Positions 11,752 through 23,321 of a stretch of DNA of 56,664 bases are shown piece by piece. Source of the stretch: Octopus bimaculoides (taxonomy: Eukaryota). Each line of letters begins with the position of its first letter. The stretch's first letter is position 1. The stretch is from positions 18,255,332-18,311,995 of the forward strand of contig NC_068991.1 in assembly GCF_001194135.2 (NCBI RefSeq), given 5' to 3'. The position numbers and the translations under genes are program-made. The notes beneath the pieces were generated by a model that was not told where the DNA came from, ran no database searches, and was given only the letters and a program-made list of their open reading frames with translations.

Positions 11752-13689
11752 CTGCTCTATTGGGGACAGCGAGGTTTTTGAGATTGGTATATAGGTATTG
11801 AGTGTCTTCCACAATGCCTAACATCTAGGTACCAAGTCTCATAATTCGTGAAAAGAGACCCTGTGAGATCTTTGACAACAGGTTGCTGATCGCTTTCATA
11901 GAATTAACTGGAGCATGTAAAAATCGAGAGCTCTAAGAAGTAAAATAATAAACAAAAAATGATGATAATAATAATAACCAAAAAATAAAAAGTGAGCTTG
12001 CAAAAGTAAAATAAAATAAAAGACTAAATTGAAACTATAACGTATCCATTTTCAATACATTCTGGCAGACATGCAAATACGCTGATCACTGTTGTTTCTC
12101 GTCATCGGAGAACATCTCCTTTTAGATGATGTATGTTCATACCATGCGATTCATTTATGTAAGGAGGCTTTGGGACATCGCGGTATTTTGATCTTTTTGT
12201 GCATGTGTCTATGCGCAGTCAAAACTACCCTTTGACTAATGTTCTAACAAGAGCACTGGTTCTTGTTTATTGAAATCAGCAAATATATTACTCACTGATG
12301 CGTGCTGATGTTTTACCAAAATGATAATAATTCATGCGATGGCCGCAGAACAGAGAAAATGCAAAAAATAATGTACTAATTCATTCTCAGTATGTTCTGG
12401 CAGATTCGAATGTTAATATGTATATTTAAGTTCAAATCTACCAGAACATGTTTTATAATTCTACGTGCATCGCACGAATTAAGTTAAAACTCGTTTCTCG
12501 AAATAACAGCTTTTATTCGGAATTTGACCAAATGTAGACAAGGTATCTACAGCGCACACATAAACGATGCTTTTTTCTTGAGCTATTTCTCTACAGTGTA
12601 TTATACCCTCTTTGTGAGAGATCTATCCACGCTAAGAACTTTGACCTAGTGCTAGAAATCATCATCAGCTTATCACGGGTTACTTTAAATTCGCCAACTC
12701 AAACAACCTGTACCTCTTCCTTGGAATTGTCTCTGATATGAGGCGGGAAGTTGTCAGTCAAGACGCGATGAGAAAGTTTCGTCTAGGGCTGTCATAACAG
12801 CATTATTGGAGCCTGAGTAATGTATATGTGGCTCATAGTATTTTATTTATTGATGGTAGGCCACAATATAGATAAATTAGCTTTGAACTCCTAGGCCTGT
12901 GAGACTCCACCCCCAGGTGTGTGTTTGTGTGTGGGGTGCGTGCGTGTTAGAACAGTGGATTTCGAAGTAGATATAGAATGTAAATATTCCATTCAAAAAA
13001 CCCTTTCGAATAGAAGATGAATGCTGACCATGGTATTCGAATCCACATCTACTGTAGACATGATAGACGTTCTACCACTGGAACAAAGCCATCCTTCAAA
13101 TTTATCCATTTTGGAAACTTTATTCTTACGAGCGTGAACTGTATATTGTTGATGTCCAAGAATTTATAAATTTTCTAGAGAACGTAAAAAATTCCGTTTT
13201 TGGAACAGTGGATTTCGAAACGCATAAAGCTATAAAAACCACTTTTGGATAGAAAAAGTTGAAGGCATACAATTATCTATAACTTTATGTGCTTCGGGAT
13301 CCATTGTCCCCCTTCTCCCCTAAAATAATTACTTTACGTTCTCCTGAAAGTTTATAGATCCTTATGACATTAACAGCACACACACACACACACGACATTT
13401 CAACATATTTGATTTTCGATCGTCATTAGGTATCTTAACGATGGGCTCCAACTTCAAACATCTATATTTAAATTTAAGGTTAATAACGCTTTTATCCAAT
13501 AAGCTACAGACATATATGCATGTTAAGTCTAGTGTGTTACAATGTCTACGTCAGACGTAATATGTTTAGGACAACACTATTAAGATAATCAACTGTTATT
13601 TTAAGATCATTGGGTACGATTTGAAGGAAATTTATGTACTGTCAGAGCTTATCAGAGGGGATGAATTCAGTCTCGGACCCGCAAAACCA

Positions 13690-13915
13690 AGTCTCCTAGG
13701 ACTCACAGAGCCAATAACCTAGTTTCCATGGCATATAAGCAACCGAGATCACAATTTCTCTCTTGAATGGGACGCAAGTATGTTTCAGGGTTACTGGAGC
13801 AACATGAAATGAAGTGGTTTAATTTAGAGCACACGGCATCGCCGAGGCCAGGAATCGAAACCTCGCTCTTACGACCGTGAGTGTAACACTCTAACCACTA
13901 AGCTACGCGATTTCA
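13690..13915 (-). mobile_element. tRNA-derived SINE head and body
   Basis: Reverse complement TAGCTTAGTGGTTAGAG...GGTTTCGATTCC, followed by a non-tRNA body. Confidence 0.75.
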
Positions 13916-13985
13916 CGAATACTTATAAAAACAGACTTTTAATGAAAATTTGTATGGCTCTGTTGCACACCCACTATATCCTTGT

Positions 13986-14392
13986 CAGGGCCGGATTAAA
14001 ACCTATAGAGGCCCAAAGCACTTAAAAGATTTTGGTGGCTTCATACATATGTAATTCAAACTATAAACAATAATCAACCATAAAATAAATTTTTATTTTT
14101 CAAAATAAAACAAAACAAACAGTAAGATGGAAAACAATATTTATTTTTGTATACTTCCACTTTATATTTGAAAAGTTTTCTATTTTTTTAATTGCAGTCT
14201 TTGATCAGATCCTCAAAATTAATCTTACGTATCTCATCTGCTTCTATACTTAGTAGAGATAATGCATTCCGAATATTATTTTAGCAAATTTAAGGTGATT
14301 TCTTGTGTAGCATAAACCATTTAAGTGGTGCCCCACTCCCCTTGATACTCTAAGCACGTGCTTATTTTGCTTAATGGGTTAATCCAGTGCCG
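13986..14392. mobile_element. Probable hAT-like MITE
   Basis: Left end CAGGGCCGGATTAA, degenerate right end TTAATCCAGTGCCG; no TSD recovered. Confidence 0.5.
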
Positions 14393-14676
14393 AAAATTTC
14401 TAGATCCCTCTCTAGAAAAAGAAGCTCCATGCCCCTGGATATTTGGACAATCTCTTCCATTTTCCATTTTGTTCGATCTTACCAAATTTCTTTCTTGGCT
14501 GCTGAATATCCAACAATAGACTAATGTAGGCAAATAGTATACAAACCCATCTCTAACATTAAAAAAACAAAGTCATACATATACTAAAACATGAGCCTGA
14601 ACTTTGTTCAAAGATGCCTGACCTGGAGTTAAGCAATAATTCTCAGTTTTTGCCTTTTTAATGCCTTTTATCATTT

Positions 14677-15063
14677 AGCTGTTTCGGTCATTGGACTGCA
14701 GTCATGCTGGGGCACTGCCTTGAAGGGTTTAGCGAAACAAATCGACCCCAGTACTTATTCATAAGTCTGGTACTGATCTCATCAGTCTTTTCGACGAACC
14801 GCTAAGTTACAAGGATGTAAAATAACAAACACTAGTTGTCAAGCGGTGGTTGGGGGCAAACAACATAAATACAAAGACACGCACGCACACACACAATATA
14901 TATATATCTATCTATAATGATGCGCTTCTTTCAGTTTCCATCTCACAAGGCTTTAATCGGCTCGGGGGCTACAGCAGAAGACACTTGCGCAATGAATCAC
15001 GCAGTGGGACCGAACTCGAAACCACATTGTTGGGAAGCAATCTTCTTAACCATACAGCCATAT
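14677..15063 (-). mobile_element. Family B SINE (diverged)
   Basis: GAACCGCTAAGTTAC, GAAGACACTTGC and GCAGTGGGACCGAAC blocks. Confidence 0.8.
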
Positions 15064-17978
15064 AAAGGCGGTGAGTTGGCAGATGCAGAATGCGAGACAT
15101 TCATCTCTAACATTACTTACAAATTTGACCACTAAGGTAAACTTATTCAGAAACGCAATCTGCATAAAAACACAATAATGTTTATTTGAGTGAATAAATG
15201 TATTTGTATCAGAAATAATTAGGCGGTAAAGAAAAGTCACCATTAGCTCAATAACTACTATTATTTTAATAAATGAGTGAGATCATACTTGATGTTATAA
15301 CCTAAATAACTTGAATTAAAATTATATCTTCAGTGGTGAGGACAGTCAATATCTAAGCAACAAAAATTTATTAATTAAATAAATGGTCTTTCGTATCATG
15401 TACGTATAATAACGGACTACTCAATGAAAGGAAATAAATTATTTTCACTGTAAATCACATTCTTTATTTCGTATAATAGTGAAAATAATTCTAGATAAAC
15501 TCATGTGTGATGAGAAAAAAAAGGTCATGTGAAGCTCAATGAAGAGTTCGATATTTACTTGTGGCAAAACTCTATATCCCTTCTATTGTGTCCGTATGCA
15601 ACATTGTATCGTTTGGATATACATAATGTGTGAAAACTGTACGTGTTATGTTCCTTTTCATTTTATTTTCCGCCATTATACGTACATAATTCGAAAGATC
15701 ACAAATGAAATTAATCAAATATCAACTGCACAGGGATGTATGTATAATGTTTAGTAGTACGGAGACATGTCGCAGTCTGGAAAGATTTCGGCAATCAAAT
15801 AGCCAAATTGTGACTTCTGCAAAGGTTAGTGAGTATGAAGGTGGCGAGCTGGCAAAATGCTTAGCGGTATTTCTTCCAACTCTACAATGCGAGTTCAAAA
15901 TCCGCCGAGGTCGATTTTGTCTTTTATTCTTTCGGGGATTGATAAAATAAGTACCAGTTGAGCACTGTGGTCAATGTAATCGACTAATCCATCAGCCAAA
16001 ATTGCTTGTATTATGCCAAAGTTTGAAAAGATCTTAAATTAAAAAGAACGACTGTTGTAGGGATACACAAATATACCTGATATTTCGGCAAATACGGGAG
16101 ACAACTCGTGACAGGTTTCGACCTAACTGTTTCGCTGGTGGATTAATAATGAAAGAACCACTAACATGTACATTATTATATTCAAGTAAACGGGAAAAAG
16201 GAAACGTCAACTGCATAAAAAAGACAAAACTAAATAAATAACCAAGTTAGTGAGGATAGCTAGATGACAATTTACATCCGCCCCACTATATTCTGATTCC
16301 GAATTTCGCGAAGGACGATTTTAACTTTTGTCTGTGTTCGAGACGAAAGATAGTGTTTTCGCCGATGAGAGAATCTATTAATTCCCTTTATAACCATTAA
16401 TTTTGTTAGTTGTTAATGGTTAGCCCAAACTGAAGCTTGCCGAAAGGGCTTCCAAATGTGACCATCCTATCTTTTAAGATCGTATATGACTTCTTTATTT
16501 AACGTCTTCTGTTTTGTATTTTCTTAGTTGAAAACGTTGGGTGTGACATGAGGCTGATGCATCTACTATTTCTTGCAACTTAAGCGACCACGTAGGTTAC
16601 AACCTTCTCACGAGTTGACATGGTAAAGTGCCAAGCTAAGTGGTATATTTAGATGAGCTATTACTATCATAATTAAAAAATTCTGAACTATTAACTTTAT
16701 TTCTCATGTTCTTCTTTCACTCAATATCTCGGTCGGTGATTTATTCGATCGTCTTCAGGTGGTAAAATTACTACTCCTGTTCTAAAATCCTCTCACCTCC
16801 CCACTTCATTCTGATTTCGAATCTTACTCAAAGATATACAAGCGCACACACAAATATCGTAAAGGATAAATAGTTAATCTAATTTAAAATTAATAGACAC
16901 TCACACAAACGAGAGAGCGAGAGAGGGTGAAAAAGTGCAAGATAGAAAGAGAGGGGAAGAGAAAGAGATAGATAGATAAATAAAGAGTGAATAGATAGAT
17001 AGATAGATAGATAAATAAAGAGTGAAGCAGAGTACGTATACAGTTATGATACCTTGAAATGATCGCAAAATAGATCGATCGAAATGTACAAAAGAAAAGA
17101 CTGCGAATTGAGGGTTAATTCTCTAGAAACTTTTCGTTAATTTCACGGTATCTAAATGCGACCTTATCTTTTTGTGACTTTAATCCAGACACATACGATC
17201 TTATCCTTCAATACCCTAGAAATAGGTCGATAAAAATAATACCAGTAATATAAGAGGTCCTGCATATTCAGTTAGACTCCTACTTCTCTATATTAATTGG
17301 CCTTATGTCTAAAGATTAAATACTAATTCAACTATATACGAGGTTGTATATTTACATCTGTATTTATAAATATGTTTGATCCAGATGACATCGAATTAGG
17401 CTACAAACTAAGGGAAGATAAGTCATGCGTAAAACGTGGAGAAACCCTCGCCAAAGAAAACCATTCTCAGAGCTATAACCTCTATAAACACATAGGTGCG
17501 TGCGTACGAAAGATGAATACACACACACACACATACACACATACATAAATAAATACATACATACATAAATAAATACATACATACATATATATATANNNNN
17601 NNNNNNNNNNNNNNNNNNNNNNNNNNNNNNNNNNNNNNNNNNNNNNNNNNNNNNNNNNNNNNNNNNNNNNNNNNNNNNNNNNNNNNNNNNNNNNNNNNNN
17701 NNNNNNNNNNNNNNNNNNNNNNNNNNNNNNNNNNNNNNNNNNNNNNNNNNNNNNNNNNNNNNNNNNNNNNNNNNNNNNNNNNNNNNNNNNNNNNNNNNNN
17801 NNNNNNNNNNNNNNNNNNNNNNNNNNNNNNNNNNNNNNNNNNNNNNNNNNNNNNNNNNNNNNNNNNNNNNNNNNNNTGTGCGCGCGCACGAGTGTACACC
17901 TATATATGTATGTATGCATGCATGTATGTATTAACTGAAATTAAAACGGCATTGAGAACTGGCGACAACGTAGAGAGA

Positions 17979-18023
<45 letters not shown>

Positions 18024-18196
18024 CAGAGAGGCAGAGAAACAGACTGGGAAAAGAAAATAGAAATACACGACATTAGAGAACAGAAATAATAGAATACCAA
18101 GGGAAAAAAGGATAAGAAGATCTTTATTGAAAAAAAATCATTTTAAATCGGGGGAGACACATACAAGTTTTTATTAGAGGGGGGAATTAAGGACAT

Positions 18197-18232
18197 GGAA
18201 TTTCCCATGATGCTCTACTGCTACTGACGTCA
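18197..18232. promoter_or_regulatory. Putative WDR26 proximal promoter motifs: NF-kB-like site and palindromic CRE
   Basis: GGAATTTCCC at 18197-18206 (reverse complement GGGAAATTCC); TGACGTCA at 18225-18232. Confidence 0.4.
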
Positions 18233-18449
18233 TCGAGCAAAACAAATTTGGTCACCAACTTGTGTTGTGTTCGCACTGGTCGGAGCTTGTCTTCACTCAA
18301 ACAACACAAATAACAAGAGCAACAAGAAACCCCAATATAACAATCACCACCACAACAAAAACAACCAACACCATCATCACAATATACCAAACAACAACAA
18401 AGAAAAAAAAAACATAGTGGAAAAGGGGTCCGACTGATCAGCGATATTA

Positions 18450-18470
18450 ATGCTACAACAAATTACTTAA
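18450..18470 (+). promoter_or_regulatory. Candidate uORF (MLQQIT*) in the WDR26 leader
   Basis: ATG CTA CAA CAA ATT ACT TAA in weak context; ends 14 nt before the candidate CUG. Relevant only if the TSS is upstream. Confidence 0.45.
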
Positions 18471-18484
18471 GCAATCCGGCAATT

Positions 18485-18562
18485 CTGGCATCGTCTTCAG
18501 AATCAGAAGACGGTGGAGTTTCTCCCCCACCGCCCAAAAAGCAACGAGTCTCAGCCGCTAAC
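18485..18562 (+). CDS. WDR26: Putative CUG-initiated in-frame N-terminal extension of WDR26 (26 aa: LASSSESEDGGVSPPPPKKQRVSAAN)
   Basis: Frame is open from TAA 18338-18340 to the AUG with no in-frame ATG. CTG context is gcaATTCTGGca (A at -3, G at +4). The peptide resembles the recalled human non-AUG extension LASASSSSDSDTGGASPPPRKKPRASAA. Confidence 0.65.
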
Positions 18563-18765
18563 ATGCAGTCGAATGGCTGCCCTCAGCACAATGGAGAGAG
18601 CGAGGAAATAGCGTCTACTTCCCGACAGAACGGTTCTTGTTCTGCTACGGCGAATGGTGAGGTGGCCACACTAGAAGATAGACAACATCTTTTGAAAACC
18701 ATGTCCCAGGCGGATCAAGACGTAGTTCGATTAATCGGCCAGCATCTCCGTGGGCTCGGCTTGAA
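18563..18765 (+). CDS. WDR26: WDR26 coding exon 1 from the AUG (MQSNG...DVVRLIGQHLRGLGL; start of LisH)
   Basis: ATG at 18563 (aacATGc); donor AA|GTGAGT at 18765/18766, phase 2. The ORF-track stop at 18769 is intronic. Confidence 0.93.
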
Positions 18766-18919
18766 GTGAGTCTCTCTCCACTGTCTGAATGAAGAAAACA
18801 TTTTAGTTTTATATAGATTATGTATACACTCGTATACACACACACACACACAAATGCATATATATATATATATGTATTATGTATAGATACACATATTATG
18901 TATGTATACATATATTTAT

Positions 18920-18963
<44 letters not shown>

Positions 18964-19109
18964 GTATGTATACATATCTTTTATACGACTATATATATGT
19001 ATGTATGCATATATCTGAGCTATATATATGTATGTCTACGTATATCTGAACTATAAATGTATGCATACACATATATATATATATATAGACATATATCTCT
19101 ATTATATAA

Positions 19110-19145
<36 letters not shown>

Positions 19146-19246
19146 TGTGTGTGTGTGTGTGTGTACTCATTACACGCATGTATGGGAGAAATATATACAA
19201 TAGGTTGTTGATATGCCAGAAATCCCATTTCAGCAGCTCCCGTTCC

Positions 19247-19279
<33 letters not shown>

Positions 19280-19813
19280 AAGCCTGCTTAATTTCTTTTT
19301 TAAATATATATAATTACTATTTACATTTAAATATTTTTTATTACTTATTACTGTTTACGTTATTTTAAGACTATTATTATTTACGTTTGAATGCTACTTA
19401 CAATTACTATTTTTAAATTAAATTTTATTTTCATTACGACTATTTAAAAAAAAATATTTACATTATTAACACTAACTATTATCAGGATCTACATTAGATA
19501 TTTTCAAATACTATTATTATAAGTATTTATATTTCTCAAATACTATTATTATTATTATACTTCTAAAAGGAAATGGCATTAACTCCATTATTATTTACAT
19601 TACATATTAATCCTTAAATATTTATTCTTATTATTATCATCGCCATCACCATAATTTTCTTTGATTGTTCTTGTTTTCATCGTTTTCGAGAAATTTCACA
19701 GTTTGTAGCAGCAATCTAGGTTTTTGTACCTTAAAATATATATATATATATTCGCCCTTCTTTCTGTGTCTTTCAAAATTATAATAAATACACTTCGTTT
19801 ACCCGAAATGGGG

Positions 19814-19898
<85 letters not shown>

Positions 19899-20136
19899 AT
19901 ATATTTCCGTCACCTAATGTATTATTCTCATAAAGAAACGAATTATATAGGTGTCTATAACTTTATATACCCACAAATATAATATACACTAGGATTCTAT
20001 TTACCACATATATAAAATATAGATAGATTAGAATATTCGTCACCTAATGCATTATCCTCATAAATAAAAGAATTATATAGAGATCTATAACTTTATATAC
20101 CCACAAATATATATATACTAGGATACTACCTACCAC

Positions 20137-20180
<44 letters not shown>

Positions 20181-20710
20181 TATACCCACAAATATATATA
20201 TACTAGGATACTACCTACCACCTCTATATATATATATATATATATATATNNNNNNNNNNNNNNNNNNNNNCTACTACCTATATATATATATATAAATAAG
20301 GATTCTATCTACCACCTATATATATATATATATATATATATAATTTAGTGGATTTTTTTAGTGTGTGTGTGTGTGCGTATTTTATATAATCCTCCCTTTT
20401 AAATTCGACTACAGCTGTTAATTTCTACGTAATGTCTGTTATGTGAAGCCAACTAGACCATATATAAATCACCTTTTATTTATATTCACAGATTTTGTGA
20501 GTGTATATATATATATCAGTTTATTTTAAAATTGGCTAGCAATAATGTACCATGTTTTAAAAAAAGAAAAACAGATCTTTCAACCTTTATTTCGAAATAC
20601 CTACGCTCAGCTAATAAATTGTGAATTTATCTTTCTCCATATAATTTTTTTTTAGAAAACCACTCCAAAACAAAAACATTATCCTTCATTAATATAATTT
20701 AAGAATATAT

Positions 20711-22421
20711 NNNNNNNNNNNNNNNNNNNNNNNNNNNNNNNNNNNNNNNNNNNNNNNNNNNNNNNNNNNNNNNNNNNNNNNNNNNNNNNNNNNNNNNNNN
20801 NNNNNNNNNNNNNNNNNNNNNNNNNNNNNNNNNNNNNNNNNNNNNNNNNNNNNNNNNNNNNNNNNNNNNNNNNNNNNNNNNNNNNNNNNNNNNNNNNNNN
20901 NNNNNNNNNNNNNNNNNNNNNNNNNNNNNNNNNNNNNNNNNNNNNNNNNNNNNNNNNNNNNNNNNNNNNNNNNNNNNNNNNNNNNNNNNNNNNNNNNNNN
21001 NNNNNNNNNNNNNNNNNNNNNNNNNNNNNNNNNNNNNNNNNNNNNNNNNNNNNNNNNNNNNNNNNNNNNNNNNNNNNNNNNNNNNNNNNNNNNNNNNNNN
21101 NNNNNNNNNNNNNNNNNNNNNNNNNNNNNNNNNNNNNNNNNNNNNNNNNNNNNNNNNNNNNNNNNNNNNNNNNNNNNNNNNNNNNNNNNNNNNNNNNNNN
21201 NNNNNNNNNNNNNNNNNNNNNNNNNNNNNNNNNNNNNNNNNNNNNNNNNNNNNNNNNNNNNNNNNNNNNNNNNNNNNNNNNNNNNNNNNNNNNNNNNNNN
21301 NNNNNNNNNNNNNNNNNNNNNNNNNNNNNNNNNNNNNNNNNNNNNNNNNNNNNNNNNNNNNNNNNNNNNNNNNNNNNNNNNNNNNNNNNNNNNNNNNNNN
21401 NNNNNNNNNNNNNNNNNNNNNNNNNNNNNNNNNNNNNNNNNNNNNNNNNNNNNNNNNNNNNNNNNNNNNNNNNNNNNNNNNNNNNNNNNNNNNNNNNNNN
21501 NNNNNNNNNNNNNNNNNNNNNNNNNNNNNNNNNNNNNNNNNNNNNNNNNNNNNNNNNNNNNNNNNNNNNNNNNNNNNNNNNNNNNNNNNNNNNNNNNNNN
21601 NNNNNNNNNNNNNNNNNNNNNNNNNNNNNATATAAACTTCATATTTTAATTCTGTATATGTATCATTATCTGTTCTCTCTCTCTCTCTCTCTTTTTTTTT
21701 TTTCTCCGTTTGTCTAAATTGGTTTGAGGTGTGTTTAGGGGAAGTGTGACAGTGATGATGGTAATGAGAATATATTCAAATGTTGATCTTTATACCTTTC
21801 TCTCTCTCTCTCTCTCTCGTGTGTGTTGGCATTATTTTCAGCTGGTGAGAGATGTCTCCACCTTCTGAATCGAAACCGAATCGCGTACATTGGCTCACCT
21901 AATCACTGGATCTTACTACTACTACTACTACTACTGCTAGAAAAGGTTGGCAGAAACTACAGATCATCGGAGAAAATATCTGCATTATTTTCGTTGTGCT
22001 ACTTTTACGTTGAGAGTTCGAATCTAGCGGAAGTCGGCTTTACCGTTCGTGTCCTTCTACAGTCGATAAAACAAAGTTCTACGGGGTTGATGGTAGTAGC
22101 TAACTCCTCACTCCCTCGAAATTGTTGGCTTTGTACCTCTAAATTCAGAAACTATAATAGTAATAATTATTATTAATGATTTTAATGCTATCAGAACAGT
22201 TGAGATCGAGATTAGCACTTGACTGACTGTCACTTTATTTTATCGATCCCTGTCGAAGGATGAAAGGCACACAATCAACTGCAGTAGGGTTTGAAATTAA
22301 TATCGGCAACACTCACAGACAGTAACAAAAAGACTGATCTTTGTGGTAATGCACTTACTAGGTTAGCTAATTGGCACATTTACCCCCTTCATGTCGGTTG
22401 GTCAGTACGTAGCGTGTCTAT

Positions 22422-22462
<41 letters not shown>

Positions 22463-23321
22463 NNNNNNNNNNNNNNNNNNNNNNNNNNNNNNNNNNNNNN
22501 NNNNNNNNNNNNNNNNNNNNNNNNNNNNNNNNNNNNNNNNNNNNNNNNNNNNNNNNNNNNNNNNNNNNNNNNNNNNNNNNNNNNNNNNNNNNNNNNNNNN
22601 NNNNNNNNNNNNNNNNNNNNNNNNNNNNNNNNNNNNNNNNNNNNNNNNNNNNNNNNNNNNNNNNNNNNNNNNNNNNNNNNNNNNNNNNNNNNNNNNNNNN
22701 NNNNNNNNNNNNNNNNNNNNNNNNNNNNNNNNNNNNNNNNNNNNNNNNNNNNNNNNNNNNNNNNNNNNNNNNNNNNNNNNNNNNNNNNNNNNNNNNNNNN
22801 NNNNNNNNNNNNNNNNNNNNNNNNNNNNNNNNNNNNNNNNNNNNNNNNNNNNNNNNNNNNNNNNNNNNNNNNNNNNNNNNNNNNNNNNNNNNNNNNNNNN
22901 NNNNNNNNNNNNNNNNNNNNNNNNNNNNNNNNNNNNNNNNNNNNNNNNNNNNNNNNNNNNNNNNNNNNNNNNNNNNNNNNNNNNNNNNNNNNNNNNNNNN
23001 NNNNNNNNNNNNNNNNNNNNNNNNNNNNNNNNNNNNNNNNNNNNNNNNNNNNNNNNNNNNNNNNNNNNNNNNNNNNNNNNNNNNNNNNNNNNNNNNNNNN
23101 NNNNNNNNNNNNNNNNNNNNNNNNNNNNNNNNNNNNNNNNNNNNNNNNNNNNNNNNNNNNNNNNNNNNNNNNNNNNNNNNNNNNNNNNNNNNNNNNNNNN
23201 NNNNNNNNNNNNNNNNNNNNNNNNNNNNNNNNNNNNNNNNNNNNNNNNNNNNNNNNNNNNNNNNNNNNNNNNNNNNNNNNNNNNNNNNNNNNNNNNNNNN
23301 NNNNNNNNNNNNNNNNNNNNN
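20711..23321. other. Two assembly gaps in WDR26 intron 1 (20711-21629 and 22463-23321)
   Basis: N runs; other gaps at 1603-1827, 3082-3091, 5373-5997, 6875-6884, 17596-17875, 20250-20270, 46006-46083 and 51365-51636. Confidence 0.98.

Noticed and set aside
13021-13094. tRNA-like sequence on the minus strand
   Set aside because: A/B-box-like motifs are present, but the acceptor and T stems do not pair; at most a decayed tRNA or SINE head.
18187-18390. Cys-rich 67-aa minus-strand ORF opposite the WDR26 promoter
   Set aside because: The composition comes from the reverse complement of the CAA-rich tract; no recognisable domain.
18434-18448. More upstream in-frame near-cognate starts (CTG 18434, ATC 18437, ATT 18446)
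   Set aside because: Poorer context, and the similarity to the recalled human peptide begins only near 18485; not excluded as minor starts.
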